Virus record (IMG/VR): IMGVR_UViG_3300020048_003360
Coordinates: 96,001-160,000 of that record
Direction: 5' to 3' (one strand)
From: a virus
Lineage: Duplodnaviria; Caudoviricetes
DNA: 64,000 nt
The stretch's first letter is position 1. Each line of letters begins with the position of its first letter. A program made the position numbers and the translations under genes. Shown piece by piece: positions 1-9,456 of the stretch. Below the pieces are notes generated by a model. It was given only the letters and a program-made list of their open reading frames with translations, had not been told where the DNA came from and ran no database searches.

Positions 1-350
1 ATTATGTCACTACCTACACATTTTTCAAATATGAAGAATAATTTATCATTCTGATAAACTCCTAAGTCGACTAATAACTGATGAAGTTTCATACCGATTT
101 CAACCACTAACTTAAGTAGTAATTCAATGTCACCCTCATACTCTTTACCAATACATTCTGAAATAATTGCTAATGAAGTATATTCTAATTCTAACTGTGC
201 TTCACTATCGAGATAAATTGCTTCAGTAATTAATAAAAAAATCTTATTTTCATCAGCATCAAAAGCTCTTAGGAGTTTAATCTTAGATCTAAAGTTCTGT
301 ACTAAAACTCTAGATTCCAAAATTAAACGTCTCTCATAATGTTGGTTCAT
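1..350 (-). CDS. Partial hypothetical protein (runs off the window start), paralog of 654..1091 and 1081..1455
   Basis: Not in the ORF track; translated by hand from ATG at 350: MNQHYERRLILESR...VVEIGMKLHQLLVDLGVYQNDKLFFIFEKCVGSDI, open to the window edge. The C-terminal motif matches the neighbours. Confidence 0.8.
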   Translation of the reverse strand, partial: MNQHYERRLILESRVLVQNFRSKIKLLRAFDADENKIFLLITEAIYLDSEAQLELEYTSLAIISECIGKEYEGDIELLLKLVVEIGMKLHQLLVDLGVYQNDKLFFIFEKCVGSDI

Positions 351-663
351 CGTGTCCTAACTTTTGTTTGTTGTCTTTTAGTAGTTTCTCATAGCGATAA
401 ATTAAGTCATTATGCGCTCGTAAAGAACAACGATAAGATTGCTCAGAAACATTATCATCCGTATCTATATAACTAATGATAGTGATTGGTCTCAATATTC
501 TAGAAAAAGCTTCTTCATATCGTTCTATACTAACTATATTTAATTTACTGAGATCAACAAAGAGTGCTGCCCAATTAACAATTTCATCATTATTTTGATC
601 AGCAATACTAGGTTTTGTATTAAACAGTCCAGACATTCCATACCCCATTAATTTTAATTCCAA
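334..663 (-). CDS. Hypothetical protein
   Basis: 109-aa ORF tightly overlapping its neighbours in a minus-strand operon. Confidence 0.7.
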   Translation of the reverse strand: MELKLMGYGMSGLFNTKPSIADQNNDEIVNWAALFVDLSKLNIVSIERYEEAFSRILRPITIISYIDTDDNVSEQSYRCSLRAHNDLIYRYEKLLKDNKQKLGHDEPTL

Positions 664-1091
664 AAATTTTCATCATGAAAACGTAGTATTACGCCTGAGC
701 CACCTAACATTTTGTAAAATGAATATGGACAGTAACCATCAATATATATGTCAAGATGATTTATTTTATTTAATATTGCAGTACCTAATTTCATTACAGC
801 AGAAAATACCAGACCTTTCTCATAATAATCCAGTCTAGCATTTTCATAAAGACCTTCACCACCAGCCATTGAGTCGGCTATAGTGCTAAGTCTATTTATT
901 AAATCGATTTCACCCTCGTTAAGTGAGATCATATCAAAAATCTGTTGCAAACAAGCAGCTAAATCTGCAGTAGGTAGATTTAAATTATCAACTACAGATT
1001 TAAACTCCTTTATTTCATTATCTAAACCCATTATTAAATATTGTGGAATATTTTCTTCTATGAGTATATGGGAGATATAGTCAGACGGCAT
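654..1091 (-). CDS. Hypothetical protein, tandem paralog family
   Basis: 145 aa; C-terminal LGTAILNKINHLDIYIDGYCPYSFYKMLGGSGVILR motif shared with neighbours. Confidence 0.8.
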   Translation of the reverse strand: MPSDYISHILIEENIPQYLIMGLDNEIKEFKSVVDNLNLPTADLAACLQQIFDMISLNEGEIDLINRLSTIADSMAGGEGLYENARLDYYEKGLVFSAVMKLGTAILNKINHLDIYIDGYCPYSFYKMLGGSGVILRFHDENFWN

Positions 1092-1455
1092 CTATTCTTT
1101 CCTTTAAAATAATGTCACGACCCAACATTCTATAAAATACAAATGGTAACTTACCATTTTGATAAGCTCTAATACTTTGTAAATATTCAAGTAACTTTAG
1201 ACCTAAAATACTTACATTTTCTTCTAGTTCTAACATATCTATAACATCTGGATCATAAGTATGCCAGACACTATCATCACGAAGTAATAGTCCACTATAG
1301 TGTAGATTAGTAAACTCAGCGTAAGCTTCATCTTCATCCATTAATATACCACATAATAATTGAATGGTGTTTAATCCACCAGTTATTACTTTAAGTGATT
1401 CTATTGTTAGGAATACCTTTCTGGTATCTAAAATTAAATATCTCTCTATTTTCAT
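1081..1455 (-). CDS. Hypothetical protein, tandem paralog family
   Basis: 124 aa; LGLKLLEYLQSIRAYQNGKLPFVFYRMLGRDIILKE motif. Confidence 0.8.
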   Translation of the reverse strand: MKIERYLILDTRKVFLTIESLKVITGGLNTIQLLCGILMDEDEAYAEFTNLHYSGLLLRDDSVWHTYDPDVIDMLELEENVSILGLKLLEYLQSIRAYQNGKLPFVFYRMLGRDIILKERIDAV

Positions 1456-1895
1456 TCTAACTCCAGTTGTCGTAGTTCACACAACCATTCCCTATATGGC
1501 GGGCTTAATAATAAATCCTGACTACCGTTAAAAGAACATCTATAGCCGTCTTCATCTAAACTACCATTTGGTATATAAGGAGCTAGAATCATACTTACAA
1601 TTCTATATACTCTAATAGCTAATATTTTAGCATCCTCTTCATCCATTCCGTCATTTATTAAAACCTTAATAGAACACTCTATCCTGTCGTTAGTTGGTCG
1701 TAGATCATCGTTAAATAATTCTTTAAAAAACTGAGTACAATTATATTCAAGAATGTATTTTACAGGAATAAATCGTTTAGTTTCTAATGTATCTGAATTA
1801 TCGATAATGTTAACTACGTGTTCTTTAAATCCATTCTTTAAAATACGAACTGGTTCTACTAACGAAATAAGTAGAATTCTCTCATTAGTTTGCAC
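1452..1895 (-). CDS. Hypothetical protein (possible distant paralog)
   Basis: 147 aa; 4-nt overlap with next gene; C-terminal YRCSFNGSQDLLL. Confidence 0.75.
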   Translation of the reverse strand: MQTNERILLISLVEPVRILKNGFKEHVVNIIDNSDTLETKRFIPVKYILEYNCTQFFKELFNDDLRPTNDRIECSIKVLINDGMDEEDAKILAIRVYRIVSMILAPYIPNGSLDEDGYRCSFNGSQDLLLSPPYREWLCELRQLELE

Positions 1896-1920
1896 TTAAT
1901 TTTCCTCATTTTAGTTTACA

Positions 1921-2448
1921 TTAGCACACCTCATTACCAAAGTGTTGTTTATACCAATGTATGCGGAAATCAATACATTTATCTATTACGATATCTGTAT
2001 ATCTAGTACGCTGTAAATGAATTATCCATTTATCAGCACCTATAAAATCTTTAATATCAACTGTTAAATTGACTAAAAGATTTTCTATCAACTCATATAC
2101 TTCAATAGTCTCTCTATACTCAGGTACTATAAAATCTGACCATAAGTCAACTATTGTGGGTACTTTTTGTTTTGACCAGGCTGAATTAGAAATCAATATC
2201 ATTTCAATATATGATTTAATTATTTCAATACCTATTTTTGGTAATTGTGGTTTAGGTTGACTAACCTTAACTACTTCACTAGACTTTCTACCATATGTAT
2301 CAAATGTAACTAAAACAGCTTCAGTGGCGGCATCATCTTTAACCACCTGCTTTAAGTAAGGTTTTGCAGTTAATTCAATTAACCTTGCTAAAGATAATGG
2401 ATCTATTAATAATACCTTAGTAGTTTCACACAGAATACCTGGTGACAT
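1921..2448 (-). CDS. Hypothetical protein
   Basis: 175-aa ORF with upstream AAGGA RBS. Confidence 0.75.
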   Translation of the reverse strand: MSPGILCETTKVLLIDPLSLARLIELTAKPYLKQVVKDDAATEAVLVTFDTYGRKSSEVVKVSQPKPQLPKIGIEIIKSYIEMILISNSAWSKQKVPTIVDLWSDFIVPEYRETIEVYELIENLLVNLTVDIKDFIGADKWIIHLQRTRYTDIVIDKCIDFRIHWYKQHFGNEVC

Positions 2449-2459
2449 TTATTTTTCCT

Positions 2460-2834
2460 TTACCATGGTTGAGTTTTAGATTGATACTCTAATATTAAAT
2501 CACGACTATTTAATTTGAGATTTACCTCATACTCACAATAAATTTGTGGTGCCTTAATATACCGAGCTGTTACTCTACTTAATGAGATAGGCATTGATCT
2601 ATCTGTTAAGTTATGTATTATTGAGTATATATGGCTATTATGCTCATGACCTCTTACAAAAATACCATATATTAATTCTAATTCCTCAGCAATTATCCAT
2701 TCAATTGCATTATTTTCAATATTTTTTTGATGTATAGGTAGGTGTAAGGACCGCACTACATTAATTACATATGGTTTTATTAATCCTAAATATTCCCCAA
2801 TACTCTGGATCAATATACTACGTCTATAACTCAT
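2460..2834 (-). CDS. Hypothetical protein
   Basis: 124-aa ORF with upstream GGAG RBS. Confidence 0.75.
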   Translation of the reverse strand: MSYRRSILIQSIGEYLGLIKPYVINVVRSLHLPIHQKNIENNAIEWIIAEELELIYGIFVRGHEHNSHIYSIIHNLTDRSMPISLSRVTARYIKAPQIYCEYEVNLKLNSRDLILEYQSKTQPW

Positions 2835-2849
2835 ACTCCCTCCTTAAGA

Positions 2850-3161
2850 CTACCGAATGTACTTAATGAATTTTCCTTTACCATATGCGGTATTAATAAG
2901 ATCTTTCAACTGAACTAAGTCATTAAGATTATTTACAAAAATAACATCAGCGCCATCCGCACTAACTAATGTGGTTACATCTATAGTGCCTAAACTACAG
3001 GTACATCGTGTGGTATTGCTATCTGTAGGATCGTCATTAGGCGAGTTAATCACTAACGATAAGATTATATCTCTATGCTGTATTTTAACCGTTACAGATA
3101 CTAATTTAGCAACTTTTGTATTTTCACCATCTTTAATATATGCGCTAGATAATCCATACAT
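2850..3161 (-). CDS. Hypothetical protein
   Basis: 103-aa ORF with upstream AGGAG RBS. Confidence 0.7.
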   Translation of the reverse strand: MYGLSSAYIKDGENTKVAKLVSVTVKIQHRDIILSLVINSPNDDPTDSNTTRCTCSLGTIDVTTLVSADGADVIFVNNLNDLVQLKDLINTAYGKGKFIKYIR

Positions 3162-3310
3162 AAACTTCTCCTAAATAAGGTTATATGTGGGGTAGGGAAC
3201 ATAAAGAACCTCCTCCTCCTACATAAAATTAGCATACTAGATAAAATAACTACTATACTTACCACTATCCATACAAAATGGATTAGGTAAGTATAGTAGA
3301 AATTAAATCA

Positions 3311-4045
3311 TCACTCAGAAGCCATTTTCATATTTTTAATTACTGTATAGCGTGTTAATAATTCTTTATTTACAACATCTATGATGTCGTCGATGTCCTC
3401 ATCAATACCTAACATAATATCGTGTTCAAGATCTTTATATACCTCGTCTACTACTTCAATAATTAAATCAGCGAGGTATGCTAAATATCGTAATGCAGCT
3501 CTAGTATTCGTTAGTATTTCCTTATCTTCTGTTCCTAGGTGATCGTTATCCTCACATACCCCACTATTTGTTGTTGTGGTATTTACAAGCTTATAGGAAC
3601 TCCAGTCTTTTATATAGCTACCATCTTTATATCCATGTTCTTGTCTAAACATATTTAAAGAATGTTTGCCTATATAGATCTTATAAAGTTCGGACCAAGT
3701 CATCTTCAAACTAAACATTACTTCTGAAAATACTTCCAACATAGAATCACTAATAGCCGCTCTCTCAGAATATTTCATTTCTTCTAAGGTCACGCTATTA
3801 TCGGACATTATCTCTGATATAATAAAATGCCAAATATCCACTATCTCTAACTTCAATTGCGGTATATTTGGTACTTGTTCTTTCCACCACTTCCACCCGG
3901 TATGATCAATAGCTTCTGAAGCTTCTAGAAGAACAGCCAGTGACCAATCATTACCTGCTTCTTTCCAATTAGGATTTACTGTTTTATTAAGTAAATCCTG
4001 CATAGATAACATAATCACTAATTGTTTTTTACTTGGTAAATCCAT
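3311..4045 (-). CDS. Dimeric (all-alpha, dUTPase_2-type) dUTPase
   Basis: Motifs EASEAIDHTGWKWWK, LEIVDIWHF and GKHSLNMFRQEHGYKDGSYIKDW. Start moved to MDLPSKK (4045) because of the AGAGG RBS there. Confidence 0.85.
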   Translation of the reverse strand: MDLPSKKQLVIMLSMQDLLNKTVNPNWKEAGNDWSLAVLLEASEAIDHTGWKWWKEQVPNIPQLKLEIVDIWHFIISEIMSDNSVTLEEMKYSERAAISDSMLEVFSEVMFSLKMTWSELYKIYIGKHSLNMFRQEHGYKDGSYIKDWSSYKLVNTTTTNSGVCEDNDHLGTEDKEILTNTRAALRYLAYLADLIIEVVDEVYKDLEHDIMLGIDEDIDDIIDVVNKELLTRYTVIKNMKMASE

Positions 4046-4081
4046 ATCGTACCTCTTTAGTTGGTGAAAAATAGAGCATAT

Positions 4082-4117
4082 AAAACACACACGCATTATT
4101 CTTAGCGTGTGTGTTTT
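4082..4117. terminator. Stem-loop between phuZ and dUTPase
   Basis: Perfect inverted repeat AAAACACACACGC / GCGTGTGTGTTTT. Confidence 0.6.
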
Positions 4118-4126
4118 AAGTATGTA

Positions 4127-5125
4127 TTATAAAACTAAACCTGTATCATGAGCTTTATCAGTATCTGACAATACTCCAACTTTCTTTACTCGTGCTGCTT
4201 GTTTTTGTTCCAGATCTGTAAGAATCTTTTGGAGATGCTTACCAGCTGCTGGGATTATGCCATCACTAATTACATAGTGGAGTGGAGCTTTACTCAATAC
4301 AGCCTCACCAATGGCCTTTGGAAGAAAACCCACACACTGGTATTCTGGCATCTCCATCAACGCAGTAGAGGTACCTTCAGAGGCTAATGTGGCCACACTG
4401 ATAACAGAGCCTAAGCTGTCGTTATTAACTTTACTTTCCATAATTGTTAATGACGCCAGTTGTACTGGGAAAGTAGTTACTTTATTAAAACACAACCAAT
4501 TATGTAAATCACGACTATCTAGTTCATGGTGTTGACGCGAAAACAACAAAGTTAACGACATAACAACATTAAACAATATATTATCTGCTTCACTTCTGCT
4601 TGTGGTATTGCTATTTTGCACATACGACATCACCACAGGGACACCTAGTATTTTAGAGATGCTTTCGTAACTCTTAATAGTTTTTAATGTATTCTGAGCA
4701 TCTAAACGTGTGTCAGCAGAACCAATAGTTAATACTACACATGGAATACCTGTACTGAGTAGTTCTTTTGTTAACAGCGGAGCAATGACACTACCTGAAC
4801 CACCAGCAGCAGAGCCAACTACAATATTTAGATCGGCTGGCTTAAATTGCTGTAGGATAGCCCGAATTCTGTTATTGATTTCATCATGGTTTTCAGATCT
4901 AATTTTTCCACTACCATCAAGATCCTCCAAGATATATGCGTTGGTTTTGTTTATATGATCTTTTAAATTTGATTTACTGGTATCAACATAAACAATATCA
5001 ATTTCAGCAAAACCAATTTCTTCTTGAGATCTATGAATCTCTAACATACTGCCGATATTGGTACCAGCTCCACCACACGCATAAATCCTAACCTTACCAT
5101 TAACATTTCTTACTATATCAGTCAT
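4127..5125 (-). CDS. phuZ: Phage tubulin PhuZ
   Basis: YACGGAGTNIG, VDTSKSN, DGSGKIR, GSAAGGSGS tubulin/FtsZ signature and C-terminal DTGLVL tail; 332 aa. Confidence 0.93.
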   Translation of the reverse strand: MTDIVRNVNGKVRIYACGGAGTNIGSMLEIHRSQEEIGFAEIDIVYVDTSKSNLKDHINKTNAYILEDLDGSGKIRSENHDEINNRIRAILQQFKPADLNIVVGSAAGGSGSVIAPLLTKELLSTGIPCVVLTIGSADTRLDAQNTLKTIKSYESISKILGVPVVMSYVQNSNTTSRSEADNILFNVVMSLTLLFSRQHHELDSRDLHNWLCFNKVTTFPVQLASLTIMESKVNNDSLGSVISVATLASEGTSTALMEMPEYQCVGFLPKAIGEAVLSKAPLHYVISDGIIPAAGKHLQKILTDLEQKQAARVKKVGVLSDTDKAHDTGLVL

Positions 5126-5189
5126 TTCTTACTTCCTTTAAAATATTAAACTTCGGCCGAAGTTAATTGCGAACACTGCTAATAGTGTC

Positions 5190-5210
5190 CATATAGGTAA
5201 TATATTGCCA
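5190..5210 (-). promoter_or_regulatory. Early (virion RNAP)-type promoter
   Basis: Minus strand TGGCAATATATTACCTATATG contains the phiKZ early motif TATATTAC; lies upstream of phuZ. Confidence 0.75.
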
Positions 5211-5345
5211 TATATTCTTTGAATCAAATAACACTATATAAATCCTATGATTACACTACCAAAAAATATTAGTTTACTGTTCATAATTTATGTCTACTTA
5301 ATAAAAAATTATTACTTACCGTAAGCTTTTAGTAAAGGAACGGCG

Positions 5346-6149
5346 ATGTTAGCGTTAGCGAAATTATTAGATGAGGTACACTTTCGTATACCAAAATCTA
5401 TACTAGAGATATGTTTTATTCCTAGAAACATTAAATGGAGACAAGCTCCCCCTAGCATAGACGAACAAATTATGGCTCTGGTAGTTAGACCTAGAGTATT
5501 AGTGGACTGTGATCTAGTAGGTGGTACTGAAGTTTTTATTAGTCTAAATAATGTACATGTAGAGAGATCTGATTATAATACTAACATATATAGAATACCA
5601 AAAACACTTACAAATAATAGATCTATTAATAGTGTATTGAATATTACGTTTTCTGATCCAAGTAGAATGCAGAGCTTTGGTGTAGCAGCACAACAGCAGA
5701 GTACAATGATGATGCAGTTGGGTTCTGGAGTAATGGATGCACATGGCCCAATTCCAATTACATCGTCAGCTAGAGTACAATTAATTGGTGAGAATGTAGT
5801 AATGGTTAAGGACGCTACTATAATTCCACCAAATGCCTATCTTAGATGTATATTAGCAAATGATGAAAACATGAGTCATTTACAAAATAGAAGTTTTCAT
5901 CATTTTTCAAACTTAGGTGTATTGGCAGTTAAGGCGTATATCTATAACGACTATATTATTCAGTTAGATATAGGTCAGTTAATGGGTGGTATGAATATTG
6001 GTAAGTTTAAAGAAATAGTAGATAGTTATGCCGATAGTGAAGAATTGTATCAGACGTATTTACGTGAGAAGTGGCAGAAAGTGGCATATCAACAAGATAC
6101 AGAAACTATGAATAGATATCTAAAACTACTAATTGGTGGTAATAGATAA
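5346..6149 (+). CDS. Conserved phiKZ-like protein, probably virion structural
   Basis: 267 aa; resembles a conserved phiKZ-family protein near PhuZ (recalled, not searched). Confidence 0.6.
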   Translation: MLALAKLLDEVHFRIPKSILEICFIPRNIKWRQAPPSIDEQIMALVVRPRVLVDCDLVGGTEVFISLNNVHVERSDYNTNIYRIPKTLTNNRSINSVLNITFSDPSRMQSFGVAAQQQSTMMMQLGSGVMDAHGPIPITSSARVQLIGENVVMVKDATIIPPNAYLRCILANDENMSHLQNRSFHHFSNLGVLAVKAYIYNDYIIQLDIGQLMGGMNIGKFKEIVDSYADSEELYQTYLREKWQKVAYQQDTETMNRYLKLLIGGNR

Positions 6150-6199
6150 AAAAAAATAACACCCGACATATGGATGTTATTTTTAAAGAGAGAGGCTAC

Positions 6200-6352
6200 C
6201 TAACAACCTCTCTCATGGTTCCGATGATCGAGATCCATCAATTCTTGTAGTCTAACTTCATCATCCTGGCCTACCTCTTTACACAGGACATAGCTGACGA
6301 CTATGTCCTGTTTCTTACAACGTTGGCAATCGCCAATCTCTTTTTCACACAC
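6200..6352 (-). CDS. Small Cys-rich early protein (50 aa)
   Basis: Hand-translated from GTG after an AGGAG RBS: MCEKEIGDCQRCKKQDIVVSYVLCKEV...RGC; downstream of the promoter at 6400. Confidence 0.5.
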   Translation of the reverse strand: MCEKEIGDCQRCKKQDIVVSYVLCKEVGQDDEVRLQELMDLDHRNHERGC

Positions 6353-6399
6353 GACAATACTCCTAAAAAATTAGCTAGTAGAGAAATTCTAATAGCATA

Positions 6400-6420
6400 C
6401 TCACTTTAGTAATATGTGAC
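6400..6420 (-). promoter_or_regulatory. Variant early promoter
   Basis: GTCACATATTACTAAAGTGAG, nearly identical to 41202..41222. Confidence 0.6.
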
Positions 6421-6441
6421 CAAATATTTCTGCGATAAAAA

Positions 6442-6678
6442 CTAGTTGGTTCTTTTCTTTAACTCTTCTAGTATGGCTTTTTTAGAATTTACAAAATACT
6501 CATCTATTTGTTTGTGTTTTTCTACCTTTTCTATGATAGTATCACAGAGATCCACCAGACTATGGATCTCTGTATCTAATCGATCCAAATATTGTAGTTG
6601 ATCTCGAAATAGTGTTTCCCGAATTCTATTAATCATTTCACTACACTTATTATTGATTTCGCTATGTTCATCAGACAC
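6442..6678 (-). CDS. Hypothetical early protein, coiled-coil-like
   Basis: 78-aa ORF downstream of the promoter at 6727. Confidence 0.65.
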   Translation of the reverse strand: MSDEHSEINNKCSEMINRIRETLFRDQLQYLDRLDTEIHSLVDLCDTIIEKVEKHKQIDEYFVNSKKAILEELKKRTN

Positions 6679-6726
6679 GATTCATCTCCTAAAAACTAAC
6701 CAATAGAACAATTCTATTGGTCACTA

Positions 6727-6747
6727 CATATATGTAATATATTGCCA
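6727..6747 (-). promoter_or_regulatory. Early-type promoter
   Basis: TGGCAATATATTACATATATG. Confidence 0.72.
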
Positions 6748-6784
6748 TAGAAATTTAGAATCAATCTTTATAGGATAACTATTA

Positions 6785-7210
6785 ATGGATCTTAAACGTT
6801 TAGAAGTGTATAAAATAGGTATAAAACCTATAGACGAAGAACACTTTTCTTGTTTCATTATGTTAGATGAGTTAGAAAAAGCATTAATGTCTAACACCAT
6901 AACTGAAGATAATATTAATAAAAGTAGTATATGGTTAGATTTTGAAAATAAATTAAAAACACATTTTCAAAATGAAGAACTCTTAATGGAGTCTCTTAAT
7001 TACCCATATGTAAAAGAACATAAACGACAACATGTAGAATTGTTAACAAAATTTTATATTATTTTTAGTTTTAATCCTTCAAATATTAACATACATCCAC
7101 AGCACATAGTTGATGATTTTTTTAATTTACTATTAGAACATATCGACCATCACGATATTAACTATGCTGCTTTTATAAAAGAGTGTATAAAATATGGAAA
7201 ACACAGATAA
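6785..7210 (+). CDS. Bacteriohemerythrin (di-iron, O2-binding)
   Basis: Full ligand pattern visible: IDEEH, HFQNEELLM, YPYVKEHKRQH, EHIDHHD. Confidence 0.9.
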   Translation: MDLKRLEVYKIGIKPIDEEHFSCFIMLDELEKALMSNTITEDNINKSSIWLDFENKLKTHFQNEELLMESLNYPYVKEHKRQHVELLTKFYIIFSFNPSNINIHPQHIVDDFFNLLLEHIDHHDINYAAFIKECIKYGKHR

Positions 7211-8228
7211 GTTTGAAAAAATAAAAAGTGCTGAAGTACTGCGTTTAATAATATCAAAAATAGCAGAACATCCCGCAGCATTTACTCCAGAAACATATGC
7301 TGTTTGGTATGAATTTATTACTGCAATTAACCCATTATTAAACGACTCGGTACTAAGATTAATAAATACAGGATATAAATTAGATAATGCAACTATCAAA
7401 AAACTCTACGATAAACATATATCTAAATGCATGGCTTGTGCTGAAAATAATAATGTAAAATTAAAAAACGAAATAGTTAGTCTCTTTAGTAATCTAATGA
7501 TAGATACTGAAGAGACTACTAAGCTAACAGATAGATTTTCTACTGATCTAACTACTTATGACGAAAGACTACAAACAATATCAACTATAGTAGATTTACA
7601 GAATCTAATAGTAACCATGACTTTAGAAACTAATGCTACTAAGACTTTAGCTAAAAATCTACATAAAAAACTATTAGATAGTAAATTACATATAACTGAA
7701 TTACGTAAAGAGTTAAAATCAGCACGTGTTGAAGCAAATATAGATCCATTAACTAAGTTATTAAATAGAAGAGGTTTGGATTTAGCTGTTGCAGATATAG
7801 ATATAAGTAAATTATGTATTTTGCTAATAGATATAGATAGATTTAAACAAATTAATGACGATTATGGACATTTATTTGGTGATGATGTGATTAAAAAAAT
7901 TGCAGATATATTTACTTCTAAAATTAGAAAAAATGATATATCCGCTAGATTAGGTGGTGATGAATTTATGATTATATTACCAACCATAGACATTAATCTC
8001 GCTTATAAATTAGCTGAAGATATTAGGCACACTATAGAGCTAATGACTGTCCCACACAATACATATAAGAAAATTGTAAACAATATAACTGTCTCTATAG
8101 GAGTAGTAATTTCTTCTACAAGTATGGATATTTTTAAATTAATTGACAAAGCTGATAAAAGTTTATATATTTCAAAAAATACAGGTAGAAATAAAACTAC
8201 CATTTACAACTTAGATCTAAAGGAATAG
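7194..8228 (+). CDS. Diguanylate cyclase (GGDEF) with N-terminal helical/coiled-coil region
   Basis: DPLTKLLNRR, DIDRFKQINDDYGHLFGD, RKND I-site, RLGGDEF, TVSIG, ADKSLYISKNTGRN. The N-terminal TPETYAVWYEF motif is typical of a cytoplasmic bacterial DGC family. Confidence 0.93.
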   Translation: MENTDKFEKIKSAEVLRLIISKIAEHPAAFTPETYAVWYEFITAINPLLNDSVLRLINTGYKLDNATIKKLYDKHISKCMACAENNNVKLKNEIVSLFSNLMIDTEETTKLTDRFSTDLTTYDERLQTISTIVDLQNLIVTMTLETNATKTLAKNLHKKLLDSKLHITELRKELKSARVEANIDPLTKLLNRRGLDLAVADIDISKLCILLIDIDRFKQINDDYGHLFGDDVIKKIADIFTSKIRKNDISARLGGDEFMIILPTIDINLAYKLAEDIRHTIELMTVPHNTYKKIVNNITVSIGVVISSTSMDIFKLIDKADKSLYISKNTGRNKTTIYNLDLKE

Positions 8229-8231
8229 AAA

Positions 8232-8798
8232 ATGAAATTTTTACGTCGTGCACTAGAAGCAGATATTAACGAAAATGATGATTTAGATAAAAAAACAATA
8301 GTAGTAAAAGGACCATTATCTGAAGTCTATACTAAAGCACTGCATGTAGCATACGCTAAAGATCCAGCTGAATCAGATGGTGATGAGAATGTGGTTTTAG
8401 AAGCCATTTCTAATACATCCAATAGAGGTGGTAGTGCATTGCGTAGAGCATTAGTTTCTATGGAAACGCAACAAATGGATAGTGCTATAGTAGAAAGATT
8501 AGCACGCACATTAAACGGTATGGGTGATATAACGCCAACTAACAATACTACTCTCTATGCTGTGAGTAAAAATGAATTAACTGACCAAACAGTGGTAGAT
8601 ATAACCAGTGAACTAGTAGAGGCAGATGATAGTGATAGAGTGTTTTTAATTATCGATGGAACACTACCTGGTGATAACGGCAACGCCAGTAGTCCAATAG
8701 AAAGAGTATCAGAATTAAGTGCGGTTATTGAGTCATTAGCTGAAAAACATAAATGTAGAGTATTTTATTCTTTACAAGACGCAGTTAGACACATGTAG
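8232..8798 (+). CDS. Probable head protein with protease-cleaved propeptide
   Basis: Begins MKFLRRALEA, with several A/S-x-E sites (VLEA, SMET) matching gp175 cleavage specificity. Confidence 0.55.
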   Translation: MKFLRRALEADINENDDLDKKTIVVKGPLSEVYTKALHVAYAKDPAESDGDENVVLEAISNTSNRGGSALRRALVSMETQQMDSAIVERLARTLNGMGDITPTNNTTLYAVSKNELTDQTVVDITSELVEADDSDRVFLIIDGTLPGDNGNASSPIERVSELSAVIESLAEKHKCRVFYSLQDAVRHM

Positions 8799-8850
8799 CA
8801 GTATATTACTACTTTAAACAAAAAAATAGTTTAGAGTAGTAATTATGCCG
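8796..8850. terminator. Bidirectional terminator-like hairpin
   Basis: TTACTACTTTAAAC / GTTTAGAGTAGTAA stem between convergent genes. Confidence 0.6.
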
Positions 8851-8910
8851 TAAATAAAAAAAATACCACCACAGCAGAGGACTAAGAATCTAGTCATACT
8901 GGGGCGATAC

Positions 8911-9456
8911 CTAGTCTACTATTTTAGCGTATAGAAAGCCACGTTCCATAGCTTGCTGACCTAGTTCAGTGGTACCTACTAAACTTAAATCAGTAGACTC
9001 TGACGGACGAATTGGTCTGCCTGGATGAAAAGTCCAAAGATCCCCATCTGGACCCACTATAAGAATAGTGTGGTCCACAGCCTCACCCACTTTCCCAGGT
9101 TTAATACAAAACACTTTACCACCCTTCTCTTTGTAAGTGTACCAGGAAAGTGGTTGTATTTCCTCTACCCCCATAACTCCAGGAATAGAAGTGGTTGTAT
9201 ATGCTACACAACCCTCTATTATTATCGGGTTGTTATACTTACTCCATTCCGCATTCCTCAATGCGTCCTCAAGTTCCTCTGGGACTTTAAATAGGGTTCT
9301 AGACCCAACCCCAGACACAAGTCTGGACTGGAGAGTTTGTGCCCAGTATTCTGGATCCATTTCGATTACTTTATCTATAGCAGCATTAACCGCAATTGAT
9401 GCCATAGATTGTTCCGTTTCCACATGTTCCATTATACCACTCCTTTTTACTTCCAT
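8911..9456 (-). CDS. Hypothetical early protein
   Basis: 181-aa ORF, LWTFHPGRP motif, in the operon downstream of the promoter at 10009. Confidence 0.7.
   Translation of the reverse strand: MEVKRSGIMEHVETEQSMASIAVNAAIDKVIEMDPEYWAQTLQSRLVSGVGSRTLFKVPEELEDALRNAEWSKYNNPIIIEGCVAYTTTSIPGVMGVEEIQPLSWYTYKEKGGKVFCIKPGKVGEAVDHTILIVGPDGDLWTFHPGRPIRPSESTDLSLVGTTELGQQAMERGFLYAKIVD

Noticed and set aside
1-3161. Chimallin or named nuclear import factors
   Set aside because: No ORF of chimallin size or sequence is in the window, and the small ORFs cannot be matched to specific phiKZ import genes without a search.
4046-4096. N-terminal extension of the dUTPase ORF
   Set aside because: Overlaps a hairpin; the RBS supports the start at 4045.
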